From an uncultured Candidatus Saccharibacteria bacterium (GTDB taxonomy: Bacteria; Patescibacteriota; JABMPQ01; JAQVVF01), in contig CAZNOH010000001.1 of assembly GCA_964574655.1 (NCBI GenBank), positions 535,020 through 599,019 of the forward strand: a stretch of 64,000 nt of DNA, written 5' to 3'. Position numbers and translations under genes: made by a program. The first letter of the stretch is position 1. The number at the start of each line of letters is the position of its first letter. Positions 40,808 to 49,425 of the stretch are shown here, piece after piece. The notes beneath the pieces were generated by a model that saw only the letters and a list, made by a program, of their open reading frames with translations, was not told where the DNA came from and searched no databases.

Positions 40808-41263
40808 TTAATCGTCTTTCTTGAATGCCCACAATTTGTAGCCCGTAAAATTCCAGATCCATGAAACCGCAGTTGCGGAAATTGCGCCAATATTTGCCCA
40901 TAAATGCTCACTGATACCAAATTGCGCGCCAATTATGTTTACAATCAATGAAGCGACTCCGACATTGACTCCAAAACCAACTAAACTGATTAGAATGAAT
41001 TTACCAAATTGAGCAGCTGGATTTTTTTCTTGTCTGTCTTTGAATGTCCAAAATCTATTGAAGAAATAGCTATTAATGACTGCTACAGTAAAGGACATTC
41101 CCTTGAAGATTGAAAAATATATTCCTGATGATTTATCAGTAGCAAAAATTAATAAATTCAGAACACCAAAATCTAATATTGTATTAATGAACCCGGTAAC
41201 AGCAAATTTGAAAAACTGATAAGCTGTTGGATATTTTTCGGTAATTTTATTTATGAAAGACAT
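40808..41263 (-). CDS. GtrA-family flippase
   Basis: FFKFAVTG, NSYFFNRFWTF, WNFTGYKLWAF. Confidence 0.9.
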   Translation of the reverse strand: MSFINKITEKYPTAYQFFKFAVTGFINTILDFGVLNLLIFATDKSSGIYFSIFKGMSFTVAVINSYFFNRFWTFKDRQEKNPAAQFGKFILISLVGFGVNVGVASLIVNIIGAQFGISEHLWANIGAISATAVSWIWNFTGYKLWAFKKDD

Positions 41264-41323
41264 AATTATTTTTATTTTTTGCGAAATACAGTATTCTATA
41301 GTTTTTTATTTCTACTTGGCTTC

Positions 41324-41409
41324 AACGCAGAATTACGCGGAATTGAACGCGGAATGTGCGGAAAATGCTTCTGCGTTTTTCTGCGTTAGCTTCTGCGTTT
41401 TTTTGCGTA
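41324..41409. repeat. Inverted repeat of ACGCRGA / TCTGCGT 9-10-mers
   Basis: aacgcagaa tacgcggaa aacgcggaa ... ttctgcgtt x3; same unit at 21725-21771 and 36746-36783. Confidence 0.8.
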
Positions 41410-41413
41410 AGAG

Positions 41414-42004
41414 TTAGATATCTAAATCATCTCCCAATTTCGCAACATCGCCGTTTGATTTCTTAATAACGTTTTCAACTGCAGCCCATGTACTTTCTTT
41501 GTCTTTTGGAACGATGATTGTTACTTGATCGCTCTCTTCAGCCTTGAAATATGTCAAAGATGCAGTTAGGACTTTGTATTTTTTTCCTTCTGCTGAGACT
41601 TTTACTTCGCCATCTTCTTTTATAAGAGAACCAATAATTTTTTTGCGTTCAATCGGACCAATTTGCTTGTACATAAAAGTACCGTCAGCTGCAATTGTTA
41701 ATTTCAGAACATCGCCTTCAACAAGCTTTGATTTTGAGGCATAATTTGCTGGAATTGGATATTGTTTTTCGTCTGGACCAATCATATTCTGGCCATCAAA
41801 AATTCCTTCAATTATTTTATCTTTTTCCAATATTGAAAGTTTTTTAGCTTTTTTCTTAAAATCGCTGTCTCTTCTTTCCAATTGCTTCATTTCAGAAGAC
41901 GTCAGCTCTGTTTTATCCTCTAACAAACGCATTGCGCTCTGAATATTGCGTTCTGCGCTTGATAACATTTGTTTTAAAAAATCAATGTCTATTTGTTTTG
42001 GCAT
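41414..42004 (-). CDS. Conserved hypothetical protein
   Basis: IIEGIFDGQNM, YPIPANYASKSKLVEGD, YKQIGP. Confidence 0.8.
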   Translation of the reverse strand: MPKQIDIDFLKQMLSSAERNIQSAMRLLEDKTELTSSEMKQLERRDSDFKKKAKKLSILEKDKIIEGIFDGQNMIGPDEKQYPIPANYASKSKLVEGDVLKLTIAADGTFMYKQIGPIERKKIIGSLIKEDGEVKVSAEGKKYKVLTASLTYFKAEESDQVTIIVPKDKESTWAAVENVIKKSNGDVAKLGDDLDI

Positions 42005-42085
42005 ATATTTGTTTTTGTTTTAATTAGTTAGATTAGTAAATATAATTTAACATTATTTATTAGAATAAGCAAGATTTTTTGTTAT

Positions 42086-42198
42086 AAAATCCTAAATCCA
42101 AAATTCTAAAACCAAATTTTAAGACAATGACGTCTGCTTTAGATTTTTTATTTTGAAATTTGAATTTATTTAGAATTTATAATTTGGGATTTAGAATT
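42086..42198. repeat. 7-nt-periodic long hairpin
   Basis: tcctaaa tccaaaa ttctaaa ... tttagaa tttataa tttggga tttagaa. Confidence 0.75.
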
Positions 42199-44721
42199 TC
42201 ACAACGTCTTTACTCCTGCTACTTCTAATGCTTTTTTTTCAGATTCAGCAATTTGAGCTCTCTCCATTATCTCGCCTGCAACGATTGACTTACTGCGTCC
42301 ATATTGTAAGCGTGATAATTCTCTAACTGCATTCGCGATCTTCATGTTTGCACCTTCGGCTGGCGGATATGTTGCCATTGTAAATGCTTTTGATTTTGCG
42401 CTATCAATCATTAATCTAAGATAAGCGTGATATTTCTCAATATTAATAACATCATTTTCAGTGAAAACTGGCTCAAGCTCCTTGGCTACGATTTCTGCAT
42501 CTTCAACACCAACACGAAATGAGGTAAACGTACCGACGTTTCCAAAAACTGCATCTCTTATTTTTTCTTCAAGCTGTTTTATGTACTGGTGAGCGACGAT
42601 CAAATTGAGTTTGTATTTTCTAGCTTCAGACAAAATTGAAGCAAAGCTATCTGTAGCAAAATTTTGGAACTCATCAACGTATAAATAAAAATCCTTTCTT
42701 TCAGATTCTGGAATATCAGCGCGTGAATACGCTGCCATCTGAATCTTAGAAACAATAATCAAACCTAACAAAGACGAATTCGTCTCACCGATCTTGCCTT
42801 TAGAAAGATTTACAAGCAGAACTTTGCCTTCATCCATTATTTTTCTTAAATCAAACGACGAATGGCTCTGACCAATTATATTTCTCATCATTTCATTTTC
42901 CACAAAACGACCAACTTTAGAGATTATGTAACCCAACATTTCTGATTTATGAAAGTCTGAAGTTTTTGCCATTTCTTTTTCCCAGAAAGCTCGAACAACT
43001 GGATCTTTTAATTTTGCAATCCATTCTTTTGCATATTCAGTGTCTGTGAACATTCTCGGAATTTCTGCTAAAGTGCCTGGATTTTCTTTATCAGACATCA
43101 AAGTCAGCATAACATTTCTCATTTGGTGTTCGAACATCGGACCGATCATCTCTGGCGGAAATAATTTGAAGAAAATTTGCATCATCTCCTGTACAGCAAA
43201 ATCTTTTTGATCTTCTGTTTTAAATTCAAGCATATTTAAACCCATCGGACGATCAATATCAAAAGGTTCAAACAAAATAACATCGTCAACTCTTTCTTTT
43301 GGAATGAAAGGCAAAATACTTTCAACTAAATCACCATGCGGATCAACAACGCAGATGCCTTTGCCAGCTTTGATATCCTGGATAATCATATTTTGCAAAA
43401 GATTGGATTTACCAACACCGGTTTGACCAATAACATACATATGCCTTCTTCGATCATCATCTTTGATGTGAATAGGAGTTTCGATTCCACGATAGACATT
43501 TTTTCCTAATAGCAAGCCTTGTTTTGGAGTATTGTGCGGAGCTGGAGCATCACGAGCCAATAGCCAATGGACATTTGGAGTTTCGGTGAATTTTGTTGGA
43601 AGATGGAATATTGATGCTAACTCTTCAGTATTAAGAATACACTTTTTTTTATTGTCAAAACTGCGGAATATAAAATCCTGAATTAATTTTGATAAGCGAA
43701 CTTTGCGCTTAAAGAATTTGTTTGATGATGGGTCTGCATATTGCGAAAAAGCGCCAATAATGCTTTCTAAAGTTTCTTCTGCTTTAGTCTCTTGATCTGA
43801 GCAAGCGATGATTCTAATATTTGTGAAAAAGCCGAGCTTGTTTGATTTTATTTCTAAAGCTTTGATTCTTTCTTGGACCAAAGGTGACAAATTTGGCAGT
43901 CCTCCTGATTGTGATTGTTCTGGTCCAGACATAGGGTTGACTGCTTGTTCTAGAACACTTCTTTCTTCTTCTTTTTTTCGACGGAAAAGTTTGCCAATAA
44001 GATTTGCAGAGGCATGCTCATATGTTTCGCCACGTTGCATTTTTCTAGCAATGTGCGGTCCTTCTTTCATCCAAGACTTGCCTGCAGGACGAATTAGATA
44101 TTGAATTGCTGCACCTTCTGTTTTTTCATTTAATTTACTCAAAGCATTTGTAATGCCGTTCAATGGATCTGATTCAATGGTCTGATAGGTCTTGATTGGC
44201 AGAAAATCTTGGTTTTCAGTTGTTAACATGGCGCCTCTAATCTTGCACTTTGGAGTAAAAATATTATACTCACCCTCTTCAGAAATGAAAGCTTTAGGAA
44301 ATTGAGAGTGGATAACTTTTTCAACATATTGTTGCAATCTCCTTGGCACTGCAACATAAAAACGAATTTCTCCTTTTAACGAGACTATTTCAAAAGATAT
44401 ATATTCTTTTCCATAAAAACTTGCCAACAAACCCTTAGTAACTGATTCAATAGAATGAAGATTGGCAAACATAGTTTCAGCAACAGAAATCATTTCTTTT
44501 TCTTCTTTCTTGGCTTCTTCAGCAACTGGCTTGGTTTCTTTTGGAACAGAAATGAGCAAGGTAACCATATCAAGAGAATGCGGTATTATGTTTCTTTTTT
44601 TGAGAGCAGAAATTACTAAAAGATATAATAATATAGCCAAAGCTAAAAGAGTTATTACAAAAATAATGCTAACAAACGGTTCAGAACTAGAACTGAATAA
44701 ATTAATATAATTACTTATCAT
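42199..44721 (-). CDS. Membrane-anchored VirD4/TraD/HerA-like ATPase (type IV coupling protein-like)
   Basis: N-terminal TM; RHMYVIGQTGVGKS, DPHGD, LYVDEFQN, SEARKY, AHQ. Confidence 0.88.
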   Translation of the reverse strand: MISNYINLFSSSSEPFVSIIFVITLLALAILLYLLVISALKKRNIIPHSLDMVTLLISVPKETKPVAEEAKKEEKEMISVAETMFANLHSIESVTKGLLASFYGKEYISFEIVSLKGEIRFYVAVPRRLQQYVEKVIHSQFPKAFISEEGEYNIFTPKCKIRGAMLTTENQDFLPIKTYQTIESDPLNGITNALSKLNEKTEGAAIQYLIRPAGKSWMKEGPHIARKMQRGETYEHASANLIGKLFRRKKEEERSVLEQAVNPMSGPEQSQSGGLPNLSPLVQERIKALEIKSNKLGFFTNIRIIACSDQETKAEETLESIIGAFSQYADPSSNKFFKRKVRLSKLIQDFIFRSFDNKKKCILNTEELASIFHLPTKFTETPNVHWLLARDAPAPHNTPKQGLLLGKNVYRGIETPIHIKDDDRRRHMYVIGQTGVGKSNLLQNMIIQDIKAGKGICVVDPHGDLVESILPFIPKERVDDVILFEPFDIDRPMGLNMLEFKTEDQKDFAVQEMMQIFFKLFPPEMIGPMFEHQMRNVMLTLMSDKENPGTLAEIPRMFTDTEYAKEWIAKLKDPVVRAFWEKEMAKTSDFHKSEMLGYIISKVGRFVENEMMRNIIGQSHSSFDLRKIMDEGKVLLVNLSKGKIGETNSSLLGLIIVSKIQMAAYSRADIPESERKDFYLYVDEFQNFATDSFASILSEARKYKLNLIVAHQYIKQLEEKIRDAVFGNVGTFTSFRVGVEDAEIVAKELEPVFTENDVINIEKYHAYLRLMIDSAKSKAFTMATYPPAEGANMKIANAVRELSRLQYGRSKSIVAGEIMERAQIAESEKKALEVAGVKTL

Positions 44722-44777
44722 ATGAATGTTGTCTTAAAAATTTACCTTGTTTTTTACGTTAAACTATGCGAAACCTT

Positions 44778-44799
44778 ACCTGCCTGCCGGCAGGCAGGT
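44778..44799. repeat. 22-bp perfect palindrome ACCTGCCTGCCGGCAGGCAGGT
   Basis: GC-rich palindrome in AT-rich intergenic DNA. Confidence 0.85.
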
Positions 44800-44885
44800 G
44801 CAAAAAAACGCAGAAAGTCGTATTTCTTTACTATGTCTGTGAATTATTGCAAGTTTTAAGGTTTGTTTTTTTAATCTCTGAAAAA

Positions 44886-45338
44886 TTAGAGTTTCTTTTT
44901 TTCTTTTAACTTTTCGTGAAGTTCACCTACCAGTATACCACGAAATTCTGCTAATGCAGACGGGTCGTTCATTTTTCTGGCAATTTCCATAGCATAAGGC
45001 ACTCCTTTTTCAAAAGCGCGATAAGCCAATTGAACGACTTGTGGTGATGCGCCTGATTCTATAACTCCTTTTAATTCTTTAAGAATTTCTGGATCGTTCA
45101 TGCTTTCAGACAATGCTGTTGGAACTTTTTCTTCTTTTTGTGTTTCAGCTTTAATTTCTTTTTTAGCTTCAGCAATTTCTTCTGGTTTTGATTTTTCTTC
45201 TTTTTTAGTAATTTCTGTTTTAGGCTTAACTTCTTTTTGCTCGCCAAGCATTTTTTCTTTTTCTGCTAGTTGAGCTTTTAATCTCTCGATTTCTGATTCA
45301 ACATTGGCTGGAGCCTTTTCTTGTGGGTTTTTTACCAT
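44886..45338 (-). CDS. Hypothetical charged protein
   Basis: E/K-rich N-terminal half, helical C-terminal domain. Confidence 0.75.
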   Translation of the reverse strand: MVKNPQEKAPANVESEIERLKAQLAEKEKMLGEQKEVKPKTEITKKEEKSKPEEIAEAKKEIKAETQKEEKVPTALSESMNDPEILKELKGVIESGASPQVVQLAYRAFEKGVPYAMEIARKMNDPSALAEFRGILVGELHEKLKEKKKL

Positions 45339-45497
45339 AATATAAAATATTAACTTATAATTATATTAACATATTTTTATTATGCAACAAATATTTTATT
45401 TTTTTAATGTTTTGTTATATAATGTTTCTATGAATTAGTTTTCTAATAATTTTATAATTAAAAGATTTAAAAATCAAATTTAAAATCAAAAAATAAT

Positions 45498-46604
45498 ATG
45501 ACAACAAGTATTTGGGCTATCATTTTTTTAGTTGCAGTTGCTATTGCTTATTTGATTTGGCTGAATCGCGATCGCTTCAAAGGAGTTGGCAGAAAAACTT
45601 CTGGAGGCGGAAAAACTCCGATTCTTGATTCTTATTCTAGAGATGTAACTACAGATGCAAGAGAAAAAAGATTAGATCCTGTTATTGATCGCGAATCTGA
45701 AATTGAAAGAATTACGCAAATATTATCAAGAAGAACTAAAAATAATCCAATTCTATTAGGAAAGGCTGGCGTTGGCAAAACAGCAATTGTGGAAGGATTG
45801 GCGCAAAGAATTGTAGAAAAAAAAGTACCAGAAAGTTTGCAAAACAAAAGAGTGTTGGCATTGAATGTCAGCAGTTTAATTGCTGGCACAAAATACAGAG
45901 GCGAATTTGAACAGAGATTAAGAAAAGTAATGGATGAACTTAAAGCTTCAAATAGAACTATTATATTATTTATTGATGAAGTGCATTTGATCGTCCAATC
46001 AAAGGGCGCTGAAGGCGCTTTAGATCCATCTGATATTCTTAAACCGGCATTATCAAGAGGAGATTTGCAAGCTGTTGGCGCAACAACTTTAGATGAATAT
46101 AATCAATATATCAAGCCAGAAGCAAGTTTGGAAAGGCGTTTTCAACCTGTTATGGTTGAACCGCCAGACTTGGAAATGACAGTAAAAATTTTAGAGGGCT
46201 TAAAAAAAGTTTATGAAGACCATCATAAAGTAACTATTACTCCTGAAGCAATCTCTGCAGCAGTAAAATTATCTGACAAATATATTAAGAATAGATATTT
46301 GCCGGACAAAGCAATTGATTTGATTGATGAAGCTTCAGCAATGGTTAGATTGCAAATTATTGATGCGCCTGGAAAAATAAAGCAATTAGAAGCAAAGCTT
46401 TTAGAAGTTCAACAAAAAAGAGAAAAAACGACTAATGAAATAGAAATTAAAAATTTGTCACAGAAGGAATTAGAAATTAACGAAAAAATTGAGCGATTAC
46501 AATTATCCGCACAAGAAGAAAAATCTGGGACAAAAGTTCCTGAAGTTAAGGCAATTGATATTAAAGAAGTGCTGGAAGAATGGATTGGCAAAGATGTCGA
46601 ATAA
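45498..46604 (+). CDS. ClpA/B/C-type AAA+ NBD1-only protein with N-terminal TM anchor
   Basis: LDPVIDR, RRTKNNP, GKAGVGKT, KYRGEFE, FIDEVH, LERRF, LPDKAIDLIDEA; ends before NBD2. Confidence 0.9.
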   Translation: MTTSIWAIIFLVAVAIAYLIWLNRDRFKGVGRKTSGGGKTPILDSYSRDVTTDAREKRLDPVIDRESEIERITQILSRRTKNNPILLGKAGVGKTAIVEGLAQRIVEKKVPESLQNKRVLALNVSSLIAGTKYRGEFEQRLRKVMDELKASNRTIILFIDEVHLIVQSKGAEGALDPSDILKPALSRGDLQAVGATTLDEYNQYIKPEASLERRFQPVMVEPPDLEMTVKILEGLKKVYEDHHKVTITPEAISAAVKLSDKYIKNRYLPDKAIDLIDEASAMVRLQIIDAPGKIKQLEAKLLEVQQKREKTTNEIEIKNLSQKELEINEKIERLQLSAQEEKSGTKVPEVKAIDIKEVLEEWIGKDVE

Positions 46605-46636
46605 CTAAATTATAAATAACAAAATAACAAAATTAT

Positions 46637-48043
46637 ATGGCGGAAACACTAATAAAAACAACAACTAAAGTCCGCGTTGGCACATTGATTGGCGTCTTAT
46701 TTGCTGGCGCTGCAATGATGGCAGCAATGGGCTACACGGTTTATAAAGGCGCCTACAAAAATGAGTCAATTATTCCCCAATCAATTGTAGAGAAAAAAAG
46801 TACGGGTCCAAATATTCAGGATTTGTTCCCAGTTCTAGCTTATAAAGCTGGCTGGCCGAGAAGCATTAGCGGTGTTCCTTCAAGAACAACTGTTGGTGAT
46901 ATTGACAATGATAAAAAGCCAGAAATTATTTTTGGTACAAGCGAACATTTGATTTATGCTTTGAATGATGATGGATCTGAAGTTCCGAATTGGCCGATTA
47001 AAATTGATGAATATTTGGGAAAATCTGTTCCTTCTATTGCAGATCTGAATCTTGATGGCAAGCTTGAAGTTATTATTGGAACAAGCAATTCTGTTTATGC
47101 ATTTTCAGGCAATGCTGGAATTATGAATGGCTGGCCGAAAGCTTTGGAAAATTTAGGTAACGAAAATACGCCTGTGATAGCTGATATTACTTCTGATAAT
47201 AAAATGGAAATTATTGTTTATGGCGACAGAATTATTTATGCTTTATCTGATAATGGATCAATTATTTCTGGCTGGCCGAAAGAAACAAGCGAAAAAATCA
47301 CTTCTGCCGTAGCTTCAGGAGATTTAAATGGAGATTTTAAGTCTGAAATTGCTTATACTGTTTTAGAATCTGGCAAGACTAAATTATATGCTTTGAAAAA
47401 TGATGGTCAAGTTTTGGCTGGCTTTCCAAAAGAAATTGATTCTACTTCTCCTGAAATGGAAATTGTATTAGGAAATGTGATGAATGCAACTGACACAAAT
47501 ATTATTGTTAGCACAAAAGAAAAAGATATTTTAGTTTATGCTACAGACGGAAGACAGCTTTTATCTGTAAATTTTGAAGATGGCGTTTCTGATCTTGCAT
47601 TAGGCGATGTTGATAATGATGGAAAAGCAAATATTGCTTTTGCAAATAAATCTGGCGTTCATGTCTTAGGTAACTTGGGAGTTGATATTAGCGGCTGGCC
47701 AAAAAATTCTGAAAAAGGCATTAGGTTTGTTAATTTAGCTGATCTTGATAATGATGGCAATTGCGAGATTTTAGGAACTGCTGATGACAGAATTTACGCT
47801 TGGAAAAATAATGGCGAGATACTAAAAAATAACTGGCCTCTTGCTGTTGAATCTTCTGGCGGAAATTTTTTAACCTATCCAACATTATCTGATGTTGATA
47901 ATAATAAAGTTTTGGAAGTTATTTCAAGCCTAACTGATAATTCTGTTTACATTTGGAATCTCTCTGATTTTTATGATAAATCTGGAAAATCTTGGTGGCC
48001 GATGGAAAGAGCTGATGTGAGAAATTCTGGGAGCTTGAGATGA
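46637..48043 (+). CDS. Membrane-anchored FG-GAP/VCBS beta-propeller surface protein
   Basis: Repeats GDIDNDKKPEII, ADLNLDGKLEVI, GWPK. Confidence 0.85.
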   Translation: MAETLIKTTTKVRVGTLIGVLFAGAAMMAAMGYTVYKGAYKNESIIPQSIVEKKSTGPNIQDLFPVLAYKAGWPRSISGVPSRTTVGDIDNDKKPEIIFGTSEHLIYALNDDGSEVPNWPIKIDEYLGKSVPSIADLNLDGKLEVIIGTSNSVYAFSGNAGIMNGWPKALENLGNENTPVIADITSDNKMEIIVYGDRIIYALSDNGSIISGWPKETSEKITSAVASGDLNGDFKSEIAYTVLESGKTKLYALKNDGQVLAGFPKEIDSTSPEMEIVLGNVMNATDTNIIVSTKEKDILVYATDGRQLLSVNFEDGVSDLALGDVDNDGKANIAFANKSGVHVLGNLGVDISGWPKNSEKGIRFVNLADLDNDGNCEILGTADDRIYAWKNNGEILKNNWPLAVESSGGNFLTYPTLSDVDNNKVLEVISSLTDNSVYIWNLSDFYDKSGKSWWPMERADVRNSGSLR

Positions 48044-48145
48044 TGGGAAATGTGATGCTAGAAATTGAATATTAAATATTAAAATAAAAAAACCGGTAGA
48101 TTAAATGCCGGTTTTTGATTGAGCGAAATTTTTTAAGGTTCTTTT

Positions 48146-48496
48146 TTATGGACATTTTCCGTCTGATCTCCAAACTACTTCTCCGTCACAAACCATCGAT
48201 TTCGCAGGAAAAGGACTAATGGAATCTAAAACGCCATATGGAACATTATTGCATGCAACATATACATGATTGCAGGCTCCGGTTGAAAAGAAAAGGATAG
48301 TCAAAACCAGAGCAAAAATGCCAACGGTTGCGCGAATACTGCCCTCTTCAGCATTCGCAATAATAAATCCAGCGACTATCCAGATAAAAGCGACAACGCT
48401 GAGAACTCCTAGGATTCCGCCGATTGCAGCGCCAAGAACAAAAAGGACTCCAAAAAAAAGAATGATGACAACAATAATTCCAACTATCAGTCCCAT
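48146..48496 (-). CDS. Orphan membrane protein
   Basis: SD AGGAGG; GCTCTTTTAA; promoter TTGTGT-17-TAAACT; hydrophobic with Cys-rich tail. Confidence 0.65.
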   Translation of the reverse strand: MGLIVGIIVVIILFFGVLFVLGAAIGGILGVLSVVAFIWIVAGFIIANAEEGSIRATVGIFALVLTILFFSTGACNHVYVACNNVPYGVLDSISPFPAKSMVCDGEVVWRSDGKCP

Positions 48497-48584
48497 CTTC
48501 TTTCCCTCCTGCTTGGGTTTAAAAGAGCTATGAAATAGTTTAATCTTTTATCTAAAAAAACACAAGAGTATACGCTTTTTTTCT

Positions 48585-48648
48585 TTGACAAAAATTATTT
48601 ATTATGCTATGTTTAAAAATTGAATTTGCACCTGAGAGAAGGAGGAGG
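48585..48648 (+). promoter_or_regulatory. Sigma70 promoter, boxA-like motif and SD
   Basis: TTGACA-17-TATGTT with TG extension; GCACCTGAGA; AGGAGGAGG. Confidence 0.65.
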
Positions 48649-48653
48649 AAAAG

Positions 48654-49184
48654 ATGGCGAGGATCGCAATCATCGGTGGCTCAGCAGATGAAAAGATTCG
48701 CGATGAATTGGTAGAAAAAATCACTCGCGAACTGGTTGCAAGAAAACATCAAGTATTCCATGGCGGATTGGATTTTGGAGTCATGCTTGCCTGTCATAAA
48801 GGTGGCGGTATTGGCATTACTCACCAAGATCAAATTGACGGTGGCTTTGCTTTAGCTGATGCCATGAACGTTAGCGTGTTGAAACATCAATTTCCTGGAT
48901 TCAATGAAATTGATTTTGGACGCGCAATTCGTCATCAGCTGTTGACACAAGAGTGCGATTTGGTAATTGCTTTCGGAGGTGGAATCAGAACTTTTGACGA
49001 GCTGATTGGAGCAATCATGACAAAGAGAAAGATTGTTCTTGTAGGACACGATTGGTCGCCTTTGCTATATGTTTTGTTTGGAAAAATCGAGATCGAGCAT
49101 GAAAAAACCTTGCTATGCAAAGTTTTACCTCACCATCCAATTGAAACCATTGTGTCTGCAATCGAAGCTCATTTGAAGAAATAG
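48654..49184 (+). CDS. Divergent SLOG/LOG-family protein
   Basis: IAIIGGS, HGG..GVM, DLVIAFGGGIRTFDEL (cf. PGGxGTxxE). Confidence 0.7.
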   Translation: MARIAIIGGSADEKIRDELVEKITRELVARKHQVFHGGLDFGVMLACHKGGGIGITHQDQIDGGFALADAMNVSVLKHQFPGFNEIDFGRAIRHQLLTQECDLVIAFGGGIRTFDELIGAIMTKRKIVLVGHDWSPLLYVLFGKIEIEHEKTLLCKVLPHHPIETIVSAIEAHLKK

Positions 49185-49300
49185 AGACTGTTAGTCTCTT
49201 TTTTATTGACTCACACTAATACCACACGAATTACACTAATGCTTTTTTCGAATAAGCTATTTGTAAATTTGGTTAAAAAATGATAATTTATAAATATAGT

Positions 49301-49412
49301 TTCTACTTGGCTTTAGCCAAAGGGTCGAAGAGCTTTAGCTCTTTTTATGGCTAAAGTTCATTAAAAATTTTGCAATCCAAAATTTTTAATCCCCAGCTAA
49401 AGCTGGGTAGAA
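49301..49412. mobile_element. Non-autonomous REPIN-like element with nested palindrome
   Basis: TTCTACTTGGCTTTAGCCAA...CAGCTAAAGCTGGGTAGAA; insert at 49360-49390. Confidence 0.85.
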
Positions 49413-49425
49413 ATCTAAAAAGACT

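Noticed and set aside
42199-44721. Conjugative element (ICE)
   Set aside because: No relaxase, integrase, VirB genes or att pair in the window
48654-49184. Thoeris-type defence system
   Set aside because: No TIR or SIR2 partner nearby
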